Counted from the whole stretch's first letter, positions 38,126 to 51,132 are shown. The stretch: 63,230 bases of DNA, filler included, from Reticulomyxa filosa (GCA_000512085.1; 19 parts of 19 records of this genome joined end to end with filler, not necessarily neighbours in it); one strand, 5' to 3'. Made by a program: numbers and translations. Notes: a model not told the origin generated them from the sequence alone.

Positions 38126-38399
38126 CAGGTAAGAATCTGTCAAAGAGGTTTTTACTTTAATGAAGCCAATAAAAGCAAAAACCCTCTGACACATTTTTTC
38201 TTGAAAAATCGGAAGGTAAGCCTCACAAAAAAGAATACGAAACAATAACTTGCGTCACACAAAGCGGCACCACTTCAAACTCCAAAGAGTCAAAAAATAA
38301 TTCCTCAAACATCATTATCAATTTCGAACCAATTTTTTTTGGATGTAATAACCAAAATGAAGGAGGTGAGCAATGTTCTCAAAACATCCCACCATCAAA

Positions 38400-39416
38400 A
38401 TAATGTTATAGTAAAGGGTCTTGAAGTATTATTTTTCCTTTGGACTTCCACAGTTGATGTGTAGTTCTTCCTTTCTGCAACAATGCCCGGAAGGGAAGCA
38501 ACAAGAGGATAAATAAACGAAGAAAAAGAAAAGCGTAAACATTATTGATTGTCTCAAATATCATGTAGTATTTCTTAGGAAATGTAGATAACAATCTTTT
38601 TATAACAATCAATGAGTCTCTTTTCTAATTTGGATAGTATTACAACTACTTTACGTAGTTTTTGTTGAAGTCTATTATCTTCACAACTTTCAAAATTGCC
38701 ATCGAAAGTTCCAAGGATTGTATTGAATTCTGTCAAATTTAAATGGAATTTGTTTGCTCTTTCAAAATATTCATCGCTTCACTCATAGCCTCTTTAATGA
38801 ACCCAGTTTGGGATCTAATTTTAATGTCAGTTCATGTTTAAACTCGGGCTCTAACTTTGAAAAACAACTGAGCAATGCTTGTCTGGCATCAAAAAGCGTC
38901 ATCAAGCAATACAAACTCTTTTGCATAAAAACTCTTCGGGATCCTCTTAATGGCTTAAAATGGGATATCCATCGCTCAAAGCCTCGACTTCGAGATTAAG
39001 TAATTCTGGAATATGATCTTCTGCTTCCACAGTTTGAGATTCGGATTTCTTCTATTATTTTATTCACCTCTCTTTTTTTCATATGAGGAAACTTAAGAAA
39101 GAAAAAAAAACGAGCTTCTTTGTCTTTACATCCATGATACAATTTGAATTGCACATTCGAATGCCTCTTTCAACAAGGCTGGCTTAATTTTCGCTTCGGA
39201 TACCTGGCCTTTGAACAGCAAATCGAAACTTTTTTTGCTGATAAATACAACGTATCGAAGGCTGGCAATGCTGAGATGATCCCATGTTCGTTCTGAATTT
39301 TGATCAGCAAATTCCCCATTGATCACTCTTTCGATCAATTGTATTTCCTCATCGATATCCCCTTTTTGGACGTACTTATCTCCAAATGCTTCTTTCCAAC
39401 GAAAAAACGTACCCAC
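38400..39416 (-). pseudogene. Decayed fragment of a large unidentified protein
   Basis: 96-aa open piece (39126-39416) followed by frame-broken coding-like sequence. Confidence 0.35.
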
Positions 39417-39850
39417 CCCAATTGTTTCATCCGATGAGCACCGATAGGATCATATTGTCGTCCGAAGAAAATTGGGAATAGTTAATCCAATCTGAATGTC
39501 CTTTCATAATTTGGATTTGTTTTCCAGATTTTATATCCCATATTCGGATTGTATTATCAAAGGAAGAGGAAACAATTTTGGTACCATCTCATGAAAATTT
39601 TGCATTTTCCACATGGCGTGAATGACCTCGGAATACTTTTAATAATTTAAAATATTTAGCCTATGGAATATTGATTGTCAAAATCATGATTTTATATATA
39701 AAACATGAATGATTGTAATCATTCCACACAAAGTCTTTAGCACTAAACATATCGGGCAATGATTGCTGATAAATCATCAAACCATCCAAAATCAACAGAT
39801 ACCAACCGGAGCCAATGGTCTAGAATTAGTTTAGTCTCTTTTTCACTCTG
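39417..39850 (-). pseudogene. WD40-repeat pseudogene
   Basis: LILDHWLRLVSVDFGWFDDLSAIIARY|KYFKLLKVFRGHSRHVENAKFS*DGTKIVSSSFDNTIRIWDIKSGKQIQIMKGHSDW. In-frame TGA at 39589-39591 and a frameshift near 39440. Confidence 0.8.
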
Positions 39851-41829
39851 TTATTTGTTCATTCAATATGTTCGTAGATTTGGAATTGCTTTTTTTTTTT
39901 TTAATCTGTTGTGTACTTTATTTATTTATTTATTTTTTTTTGTAGAAATCAAATATATTGCCTGTAATCTTCTTGAGGAAGAATCCCTTTCAATTTGGTC
40001 TTGTATGTTCATTCCTCCATGAAGCTTAATACAGCTAGTTGAAATATATATTCTCACTTCAGATTTTGCTAAGGAAAGGCAATAATAGCTATATTTGCCA
40101 TGTAGTTTCTGTTCGTTTTGTTTTGAATTATTTTGTAACTAGGAATTATCTATACATCTGAAATGCGAATTAAAATCAAATGAACAAAAAAATTCGATTA
40201 TTCACGTACCGTTTTAGACGTAAGAGTACACGTCAAACTATTATCATTGTCAACATCACGGTTTTTAATGCTCATTGTCTTTTCGCACACTCGCAGTTCT
40301 GTTGTCATGGTATGTTCAAAGGAATGCCCTCTTTTGTCTAATGAGCAAAGAAGAGAAAAGGAAAAAAAATTATACTCATTTGAAGCCAATCTTCATTTTT
40401 AAATTAAAAAACTCAAGGACAACATTTGAACTTGCTTTATTTTGTTTTACAGCGACCAAAATAAAAGCTTCAAAGAGTTCCTTTCTTCAAATGAAGAGAA
40501 ATAGAAGTATTACTTGAACATCTTTGTTTTAGATTTAGACAAATGATAAAATTATAACATTAACAAAAAAAAATATATTGAAACATTTTCATTTGTTAAT
40601 CAATTGAATATATTCAATTTTATTATATCACAAGTTTGTCATTATTTATTTTAAATAATTAAAGATAATAAAAGTATTTTATAAAAAAAAAAAGTAAAAA
40701 AAGCAAGATGAGTAGTATACATAGAAAAGTATTGGTCATATATTATTCTCAAAATTTACTACATAAAGATAAGTCGTCATTGGAAACATATTGTTTGTTA
40801 TTGTGATTACAACATTTCTCTGTCAATGTGTTCAATAGCAAAAATAACAATATACGTAATAAAAGATTGTAGTTTTGGACATAATAACATTACAAACTTG
40901 AAAAGTAGTCACAATTTGATAAAATCTCGCTTTGTTACAAGATGTTAAGTGACCATTACAACGTAAGTCTATTAAAGTAAATGATTGAAACATAATTGCT
41001 ATTTTAATCTAAATTGAAAGTGGCATCAAAATGGAGTCAATGTAACATTTATGATATTCCAAAATATACATAAATATAATAACAAAAATAGTTTCATTTG
41101 TGACTGCTATGAAATCATTTTAATTTCAATGCTATGACTAGTTCACAATCGAAAATACACAGTATTATCATTTATTGAAACAACTGCAGAACATTCGACT
41201 TTATCAACATCATCATGTTTAATATATGCTCTCAAGTGGAAAGGAACAACACAAATTATTAATCGCTGTCATCTGTTTGCAATATGATTTGTATCTTGTT
41301 GTTTAGAGTCAAGTTAGTGTTTTATTTCATAATGGAGAAATGGAGTTATATGAGATTAACTGCATTTATATGAAGAGTTATTTATCATGTGTTATCATTC
41401 CAATGTTATAATCACCTATTGTAACGACATGACGTTGGTCAATGATAGATACAATCAATTAATTATTTACTCAATATCATATATGAAATATTTTAATTTT
41501 AAATATATATTGATATATCAAAGCAATTTAATTTATTAATGAACATAAATTAATTGTTATGACATTAGAGTGACTTAAAAAGGCTCTCTTTTTATTTCCC
41601 AAGTTTTGACACTTTAATCTCATTGAAGAAAGAAAAAAGTAAGTTGTCCTTCATAAAAGGATAAAACTTTAATGGTTCATTGTCACATCTCTTCTCAATG
41701 TTAAAAAATCNNNNNNNNNNNNNNNNNNNNNNNNNNNNNNNNNNNNNNNNNNNNTTAATTAATTAANNNNNNNNNNNNNNNNNNNNNNNNNNNNNNNNNN
41801 NNNNNNNNNNATACATTTCAATTTATTAA

Positions 41830-42095
41830 GCACGATAATTTACCAATTGCTAGTAGGAAAAGATAATAAAAATGAAATATTATTAACTCACATGAAGACA
41901 AAAGTTTGTGTATGGGATCCTTCACTATTGGTAATAATTTTATTTTAAATATATTTAATTGTATACAACTAATTGATAAATAATAAACAGTCTAAAAATG
42001 ATATAAAGTATATTATTCAAAATTGGACTCGAAATTCAGAAATAATGTTTGGATGGATTGATGATTTTGATAAAATTATTATAAAATACAATAAA
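41830..42095 (+). pseudogene. C-terminal end of a Kelch-repeat family gene (probably decayed)
   Basis: GKDNKNEILLTHMKTKVCVWDPSLL|intron|SKNDIKYIIQNWTRNSEIMFGWIDDFDKIIIKY. Kelch assignment rests on my recollection of this foraminiferal family. Confidence 0.5.
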
Positions 42096-42479
42096 ATGAA
42101 TAAGAAGCAAAATTAGGATATCTGTAAATGTACAACCTTTAAATATGGTTTTGATGTTGATCTTTTTTTACAAATCCAAGCCTTTCCATTTCAAACAAAA
42201 ATAGTTCTGACGAATAAGTTCTTCAAATATAATATGAATAATATTGAGCTAAGCAAAAAAAAAATGTCTCAAATTTGACTCGCTTTTATCCATTTTTTCT
42301 ATCCTTTTCGCTATTTACATTTTTTTTACAATAATCAAGTGATCAAGTGCAATATAAATAAGATTTAAATCAATAGAACGATTCCACATTGTACTTATTT
42401 GCATAATTTGTTGAATATATTGATCATATTGTATTGATGTCAATAATATCATTTGTGTATGCTCATCTTCACTATTTAT

Positions 42480-43308
42480 TTTTGCATTCCACACATATTT
42501 TCATCATTAAGAAAATATATGTTTGATTTTGCAAATAAAATTTCACGTTTATATTTAAATGGATATATCCAAGATCTGATCTTCTCATAGAAGGATGAAA
42601 ATGTAAAAATACATCCTTGATCACTTCTATACATTTGTGCAATTTGAATATCATCAAAAAATATTTATATGATTTATGGAAAAATCCTTGTTTTATTTCT
42701 TTCATATTCTCTAATCTTATTCCTTTCAATCTACAATATAATTCTATTTCATTTTCCTTTTTCTTCTTTCATGTGAATGAAGTATCATGATAGCTTGTTT
42801 TAAATAAAAATCCAAATAAGACCATAAATGATATCTAAATTGTATTTAATCATGATTTACCACAATATAATAAAATTGCACAAATATGAAATAATTGAAG
42901 TGGATATCCCACTTGTTTATGAATATCATCAATTCATTTAATATTGTTAATATTTTATTATTTAATATTAATTCATTTGGATTTTTTTGATTAAAGTGAA
43001 TTTATTGTTTGATTGTTTCTTCACCTGTTAATAATATCTTTTTAGAAATTAAATCATACAAATAACCATTGTTTATTAATTTATGAAATAGTTTCTGTAA
43101 CTCCAACAATTCATACTTTTTTATTTTGTTGAAATCATTAAAATCTCTATAAAAAGCATTTCACTATGAAGAAAGAGGTTCATCCACAAAAATTTCCAAA
43201 ATAGAGATGTTCTAGAAAGTGTCAAGCTCTGCTTGTTGCAAATGAATGATTAGCAAAAAAACTTCCATTTTCATCTCCAGTGATATCCTTTTCAATTTTT
43301 CGTTCCAT
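42480..43308 (-). pseudogene. Decayed ADP-ribosyltransferase(ART)-fold family gene
   Basis: Frame-broken peptides IHKQVGYPLQLFHICAILLYCGKS, ELYCRLKGIRLENMKEIKQGFF, DDIQIAQMYRSDQGCI, LHFHPSMRRS and SWIYPFKYKREILFAKS follow R-S-E ART motif order. Confidence 0.55.
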
Positions 43309-44979
43309 TTAATGACAAGCTTGCTGCAATCACAAAGTTAATCTTGAAGTTTACAATTATATTCAATTCATCCAGCATTGTTTGTATAAGGACTTGGATC
43401 TTCTCATTTTTCTTCAAAAAAAAAAAATCATAAAAAATATTTGAAGTTCACCTTTAAAACCTTTTTCAAACTAAAGACTCAAGAAAGTTTTTATTAAAAA
43501 AGTAAGACTAATGTTGTTAGTTGAAGCAGAGAGAAAAGAAGAAAACAAAGAAAACAAAAGGATAATCTTTTCCTTTTCAAACTGTTACAGTAAAGATTGG
43601 GCTTCATTNNNNNNNNNNNNNNNNNNNNNNNNNNNNNNNNNNNNNNNNNNNNTTAATTAATTAANNNNNNNNNNNNNNNNNNNNNNNNNNNNNNNNNNNN
43701 NNNNNNNNGCAGTTTTTTTTGCAATCTACTGTAGTCTTCAAGTTATTTGAACTTAAAATGTTTTTCGTTAGTGTTAATGCTATTTTTCTTTGGATCAATT
43801 TGCTAGCAAAATTGTCTGCTTCACTGGCCAAGTCCTTACGTCGAGTATTTTCAAATGTTGTTGCATTGTCAGTATATGCTGGAACAACGACTTGATCTAG
43901 TCAATATTTGCGCAAGTATTGCAAATGATGCAAATATAGACTGCATGCACTCAACAAAGTACTATACAATCGCACTCGTGCTTCTACTAACTGTCAATCC
44001 GCATCTTTCAAGATCACGTCATTTGCCGAACGACACTAGTTCAAGCTTGACTGTCAATTTCACAACGATCACTTTGGGTGCATTCAACTCATATTGCAGA
44101 CCCATTATTGCGTCCACAGTATCGGCACATCACACTCCAACTGCATACATTCACAATCCTTCTGTGTTGTGCGTGTGATTGTATGTATGTATCATTGATC
44201 ATCATGGAAACGCGTAGTTATCCATAATATTGTGTTTGATGATCACGCTTCCTGGCTTCCAGAAACAAATACTGTATTTGTTCGCTGATGTCGCCAAAAA
44301 GTCGTTTACTTATACATTATTTTTACTTGCTACTTCCATGTCCGCTTTCGCTCCTTCGTGCGCCTGGATCAGGTGATCGCAGTTGATGCAGTCCGCTTGA
44401 CATAAATTGCAATACTGCCATTTGTGCTGTCGAATCTTGCATTGTCACTGTGCCCTTCAAATGACCATAACGACTTTACAGAATCTTCTATGTCAATGAC
44501 AATTGCCGACGTAAAACATATAAATTTGACAACAGCTTCACATACGGCACTCCGATTTGTCGCGCTACTATATCATGTGGAACATATCTTCGCTTCAAAA
44601 GGCCAGCCCGAAGCCCTAGTCTTAACATGATTATGTCAAAACAGAACTAGTTGTTTTTTTAATGACATGTTCCCATCAGTAGTTTTTTTTTGAACTTTCT
44701 ATGTTTTAGTTAAAAATTGAATTGCATAATATGAAACTGTCAATCAAAAAATTTATTTAAATTTACAAGAAAAAAAGTATGTACCGTTTAAATTGATTAG
44801 TGTGTCTGATTTGTTGATGATACTACAGTTTGAATCAAACCAATTCAACGATCTGTTTTTTTGACCGTCTTTTGCAGTTGTTTTAATCATCGTCAATCTG
44901 TTTTTATTGTTTTCTTCAAAAAAATGAAACTAGAAAGAACAAAAGTGTTGAAATACAAATTAAAAACGAGGAGAAATGT

Positions 44980-46421
44980 CTATGAAAACGTACAACGATG
45001 ATGTAAAAATTTCTCAAATAAAAGTATAAATTGTTCAGCCTCTATCCCGTTTGCCCTCGCATTTTGCAAGGAGCATTCTTTAAGAAGTTCCAAAAAGAAA
45101 TTAATTTTGTTTATTTTCTGGCTGTTATTCTGACAAGTGATTTTTGATTGGTTGTCACGAAATACGGAGGAAAGCAGCTTGTTTTTGGAAATGAAGCATA
45201 TTTTTAAAAAGCGATTCCATTGATTGTAAATATCTTTGTTATCGGTTTCAAACTTACGTAAAAAAAAAGTTTAGAGTCACGCTTTGGAACCAATCGAATG
45301 ACAGTCGATTGGACTTTGGGCATTGGTTGAAAGTGCTCTGGGCCGACATCGAACAGCCTCTCCACAAAGCAATGGCTTTGTGTATTAACACTGATTTGGG
45401 AATAGTGTTTGCTTCCAGGTTTGCAAATCAATCTGTCCACAAATTCCCTTTGAAACATTAGCACCGCAGATCTGCATTTGTTGTCCAGATCGCAACACAG
45501 AGCCCCGATTCACTCCAAACAAAACACGTACACACTCCAAACAAACATAGCACTCGTCTCAACTTGAACTGAGGATATTGCAGCAACTTTACCATCAATG
45601 GAGTAGATATGCTGTACGGGACATTCGCAAGCACATGATCGACCGCAGGCACGTTAATGTCCAATATACTTGCATTTATGAAATGTACTTTATCTTGGAG
45701 TCTGTTAAAATTCCATTTTGATACACAAATATAAATACATATACAAACATATATATACATATATGTATATATATGTTTGTATATGTATATAATGATGAGA
45801 CAACCATTAACTTTGTATTGGCCAATTTTTTTTGTAATACACTTATTAAAACGGAGTCGATATCGACGGCATACACCTTGATTTCGTTAGTGATCAAGAC
45901 AATGTCCATTTTAACTATTTGTTCTTTTTTTAAAAGAAAAAAAAAAGTAAAGACGCAACTTTGTGACACTCTGGGGCAAGCTTCAAAGTTAAATTGCCTG
46001 AACCGCAACCAATTTCTAATACTGTGTCTGTTGGTTGCAATTGTGCCTACGTGCAATTTTTTTTTTTTAAAAAAAAAAAAAAAGGTGTCTGTTCTTCATC
46101 GAAAAAAAATTATACGTTTTTCTTTGCATGTTTACAATTCCCAAAACTTGTTGCACAATGTTTGTCAATATTTGATTGGATACTAGCACATGCTGGCTTT
46201 TGGTTTTTTCTTTTTTTCATTTTTTTTTTGGAAAAACAGCAATGCAGCACATGTTCATTGTTTTGTTAACCAGCTTATGCACTCAAATGTTTCCAACCTA
46301 ACAGTCCCTCGGGCAGTACCAAGTCGTGCTGTTTTGTCTGAAGAGGATTAGAAAATCTTCTTAATCCTATCCAACTCGTTGAGACAAGTGGTCGTGGAAA
46401 CAATCTTTTCAACCGAAACAT
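44980..46421 (-). CDS. DIM1: Dim1/KsgA rRNA adenine N6-dimethyltransferase with a probable mitochondrial presequence
   Basis: Multi-exon gene: QHVLVSNQIL, DTVLEIGCGSGNLT, VYAVDID, LANVPYSIS, SAVLMFQREFVDRL, FQPMPKVQSTVIRL, ICFISKNK...FEKFLHHRCTFS*. Confidence 0.85.
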
Positions 46422-47041
46422 TTAAACGAAACAAGGAAATGTTGGATGATGCAGAATAAAGAATTTTTTAAGGGCACATCACTTCAAAATTTCAACAAAG
46501 TGTACGCCAGTTACCTAAAGTGTTTTGCTTTTTTCTTCTTTAGTGGAAAGGGGCACAGAATAGTTAAGTTATAATGAATATCGCTCCAGAAGATACATTC
46601 TAGTCGAGGAGCACATTGCTTAAATAGTGCAAGTCATTTTATAAAAAACAAAAGTGAAGAGTTATATTTGTTTTTAAATGTTGCAAAAAAATTTAGTAGA
46701 AAACATCATTATTTCGATCTTTTGTTTTTATTTCCTTTCAATCTATTGAGAAGATTACTAGTAATTATCTAATGCACTCCAAAACAAGTTTTGGTGGTTT
46801 GTTTGGACTTTGTGCTCAAACTATAACTTAATATTAAAAAAAATCACAGCCCGCTCCAGAACTTACCTGTTCAGTTTTAACAAAGAGCCTTTTTAGAAAA
46901 AAAAAACTAAGCCAAAAAAAGGACAGCATTTTTTCCAATAAATAAATAATCCTTGTATCCTCAGGCCAAGCTTTAAATAATTTATTTTGAGTGCTTTAAT
47001 AGGACCACTGTCTACAATTTTTCTCTTTGAATTTGCACATA

Positions 47042-47523
47042 ATGGCGATGAAACGTGACTAGTTTCGTGCACCAGAAAAGGAAGGGGGGGCGGGGGGAGA
47101 GTGAAGGGGGCGTAAGTTTGAAGAACAGAAGCATATGAATGTTTGTATCTGATTGACAGTGATTATCTCTTCAAACTCGTGTTGATTGGCGACAGTGGAG
47201 TGGGAAAGTCGTGTCTGTTGTTGCGATTTGCAGTTAGTTTGTGCTCTGTTGGAAACATGTTTTTTTTTTAAATTTGTTTGTTTTGAACATTTGATGTGTC
47301 AACGTTTGTATGCTCTTCTTTTTCTTTTTCTTTTTCTTTCAAACTATTTGTGTGTATGTACATATACATACATATGTATATATACATATATATATATACA
47401 TATATACATATATGTATATGTATGTAGGATGACAGTTTCACTGACAGTTACATCAGTACCATTGGTGTGGACTTTCGATTTCGAACGGTGATAGTCGACA
47501 ACAAGAGCGTGAAATTGCAAATT
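47042..47523 (+). CDS. RAB1A: Rab1-family GTPase, Rab1A-type paralogue (3' truncated)
   Basis: Three exons: [63 protein letters not shown]. Confidence 0.9.
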
Positions 47524-47679
47524 GTTTAAAAGTTTTTTTTTAAAAAAAAAAAAAAAAANNNNNNNNNNNNNNNNNNNNNNNNNNNNNNNNNNNNNNNNNN
47601 NNTTAATTAATTAANNNNNNNNNNNNNNNNNNNNNNNNNNNNNNNNNNNNNNNNNNNNTTTTTTTTTTGTTTGAATGAA

Positions 47680-49586
47680 AGTAATACCTCATATATTTAA
47701 GTTGCTTGAACGAAACAGCCAATTGCTTTAACGTAGGATTTTGCTGCACTTTTTCGGGGTTAAACATGGCAATCGAAATGCAAGGTACGTCAAACATTTG
47801 ATCCAGGTATCGCTTTGCCATTTTGCAAACTTTGGCAGGCCGGCAATCCAACTCGTGCAAAACGCGGTGAGGGATTATGGCTCTCTCCAACATGTGACAT
47901 TCGTCGCAATGAAGCAAACCTGTGAAACGACAGTAGTGGTACTTGGCTCGTCGAAAGAAATTCAACGTCAACGAACAACTGCAAGTCGCACATTGAAAAT
48001 TTTGACTTTGAACAATCTCTCATTATCTCTGGGAGGCAAAGGAGTTACTCGATACTCGATTTCAAAGCCTGCATTTCCCACAAAAGGATGAATTTTTTTT
48101 TTATTTTCGAGATTTTTATATATATAAAAAAAAAAAAAATGCTCAGCCCCCTTTTCAAAAGCTTACCAGAAATCCATGTAATTTTGTCCTGGCCCGTAGC
48201 GTTGAGCTGGTTACAGACAAGCGGTGGTAATTTGGAAAGTTCGTGACTGGGAGCGGGAGCAGTGGGAACGCTGTCGCTTATGGAGATATTGCGATTGGAT
48301 CTTGTCGGTCTGTTCTGTTCAATCTTGGATTTACATTGCAGTATGTTTTCCATATTTGTATTTATATTTGTATTTATATCTGTATTTGCATTTGCATTTG
48401 CATTTGCAGTTGAAGTTGTAAGTGTAGGAGCATCAGACCCGTTGATGTGTGCATCAGGAATGATAGAAGCAGAGTTGGTATGAGTGAGGTCCTCGCGTGT
48501 AGGGTGGACACGTTATCTGCAGAGACGTTCACGTCGCCGGGATGTTTGGAGGAACAACTGTCGTTGTTGGACGCGTCGTCAGCAGGCAAAGGAGAGAGGG
48601 ATTGTACCTTTTGCACGACCTGATCTTGGTAGCATGTCTCTTCCGCTATGTCTGTCTGTGTCATAGTCATCGTCGTAGTAGTAGTAGTAGTAGTAGTAGT
48701 GATAATAGAAGTAGTAATGGTCGTACTTGCTGTTGTGTCAACACTTTGTTCGTCAGATTCCACTTTCTCTTTCTCTTCTTCTTTTTCTTTCTCTTTTTTT
48801 TTCTTTTTCTTTTTCTTGTTCTTGCTCTTGTTCTTTTTCTTCTTTTTTTCGGTCTTTCGTTGTGCTTGTGATCATCATTTAAACATAGCGCGCTACAGCC
48901 ATTGGCAGCCTCGTTCACATTCGTGTGCGACGATGCACTTGCTTTTTGGTCGCACGTTTTGTCATTATTCGTGTCACCCTTTGCATTCTCTTCCCTTTTT
49001 TTTTTTTTCAGTTGTATGTTTTAATTAAAGGTGCATTGATAAAAAAACGTCTTTGGCAAAGTACTTTAAAAAAAAAAAAAAAAAAGAAGGAAACGAGAGT
49101 TAACAGTCTATTATCATTATGTTGTTGTTGTTGTTGTTGTTATTATTATTATTATTATCACCTTTTGCACATTGGCAAGGGAGAGAAAGGAGGCAAGCAA
49201 AAATAATTTGCAAAAAAAAAACATACGTAGTGACATTGGTCTGCGGAAGTATTGCGTGTTGGACAGAAAGAGAAGGATCAAGGTTTGGGTCACTGTGATT
49301 TGATTTGGATTGATGTTTCAATTTCTTTTTGATTTTTTTTTTGTTGCATTGGTATTATTGTTATTGTTATTGTTATTATTATTATTATTATTATTACTGT
49401 GATTGTCACCATGGCTGGTATCACTTTTGGTTGGTCCCTCTTTTATCTTTTTTTTCAATTTCTTTTTTTTCACAGTTTTGATTGGTTCTACTTTCTCTTC
49501 GTTCCCAGCAGCACCTTCTTCCTCTTCTTCGTTTTCATTTGCCATCTTGCTTCCATCACCGTCACTTGCATTGCTCATTTTTTTGA

Positions 49587-49620
<34 letters not shown>

Positions 49621-50150
49621 GTTATTATGATTGTCATTTCATGGCAATCGTCATTACACGAATTGACATCATGACAATAAATACTTGCTTGTCATTGGCT
49701 TCATGGAAAGGTTTGTTTTGCATTGCCCAATGGGAGTCGAACTGCGGTACATGATGTTCATCCACGACGATGATATCGGCTCGATTGAGCAAAGGGTCGC
49801 TGAGTGACAGTTCAAAGTGCACTTGTTGTTCAAACAAATGGCTTTGCTCTTGCAACTGCTCAATCAGTATCACGCGATGATTGTGATGTGACAAGATCCC
49901 ATAGTCTTCGTAAAAGGTTTTCACAACATCCATGTTCGATGTCAACAGTTCCAAATATCGCAATAGCATTTTGCTTCGTAAGCTTTGTCGGAGAAACGCC
50001 CTCCCTTTCCCAATCTCCTGCAACGTGTCCATTCCATTTATTATCGCAATGTCCTCCTGCAATTTCTCTATCCATTTGTTCCCGGCTGGTTCCTTGCCTT
50101 TCTTTAGTTCCTTCGCCGACTCACATACAAACGTCCACAACGTCGTAGTT
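47680..50150 (-). CDS. RUN domain + Rubicon-homology (DUF4206) protein, Rubicon/PLEKHM1-like (both ends truncated)
   Basis: RUN: WTFV...GKGRAFLRQSL...LLRYLELL...FYEDYGIL. RH: QCATC...YCRFTGLLHCDECHMLERAIIPHRVLHELDCRPAKVCKMA. Long low-complexity linker. Confidence 0.85.
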
Positions 50151-50587
50151 TTTCGGAGTTTATTTGCTAGTTTTTCATTTTATTCATTCATTCGTTCATT
50201 TTTTTTTTTTTTTTTTTTTTTTTTTTGTGGGTGTTTTTTTTTNNNNNNNNNNNNNNNNNNNNNNNNNNNNNNNNNNNNNNNNNNNNTTAATTAATTAANN
50301 NNNNNNNNNNNNNNNNNNNNNNNNNNNNNNNNNNNNNNNNNNGTGTTACTACAAAAAAAAATCCTTGAAAATGCTGCATCTAAAAAGACCCCATATATCA
50401 ATCCTACATTCAATGAGCACACTTTTGGCGAGAGGTGCGGATGGCCTTTTCAGTCAGCATATCAGCCACTTACGACAACCTACCAGGGCGTCAAGTGGAA
50501 TTTATGTAACTTGATTAGCATTTTGTGCAACTTCAAGCGGTAAATCGGGTAGTGATGTTGTGGATCGGGAGGCTTGAGTGGTGGGCG

Positions 50588-50645
50588 GGTGTTCTGCATC
50601 ACTTGATGATACAATTCGGTTTTGGAATATTCGATTAAGCATTGA
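50588..50645 (+). pseudogene. Terminal WD40 repeat remnant
   Basis: CSASLDDTIRFWNIR. Confidence 0.45.
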
Positions 50646-51132
50646 ATTTATAAATTTATACCAGAAATAACAAATTTTCATTGCATTACAATTTTCATTC
50701 ATTTATATTATCATTCAAAACCTCTATATGTTTCATCATCAATTTATGATTATACTTTGCAAAAAAAAAACAATATCTTTCACTATTTGCGATCTTTAAA
50801 TTATGTTAGTTAAAAATGATGATTCAAATAGTTTCAGTTAAAAAAACTTTTGCGATTCTTTAGACATTATATATTTCATTACTAAATTTAATTAATAATT
50901 ATTTTTAAACAATAAAAATAAATTTTCATTTTTAAAGTAAAAAAATCAAAAGGTTTTTTTTAAAAAAAAAAATCATCATATCATTTTTATCGAATCAAAC
51001 GAGAATGCGATCGTTTTTACTGCATTTCATTAGAATTTTTCTGCAGAAAAAGTATTTGTCGGTTTTTTGTCAAACAGTGGACTTTTAAATCTGGGTTTTT
51101 ATGCTAAATGAAACCTTATTTATGCATAAAAC

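Noticed and set aside
39589-39591. In-frame TGA in a WD40 repeat as stop-codon reassignment or selenocysteine
   Set aside because: The same gene has a frameshift. Intact genes here end in TGA (aldo-keto reductase), TAA (V-ATPase G) and TAG (DIM1), so the standard code fits.
43709-44670. Coding-like decayed region with faint filamin-repeat resemblance
   Set aside because: Too many stops and too little motif conservation to support a call.
50343-50560. rRNA or snRNA fragment
   Set aside because: I could not match any conserved rRNA or snRNA motif. No tRNA or rRNA gene was recognised in the window.
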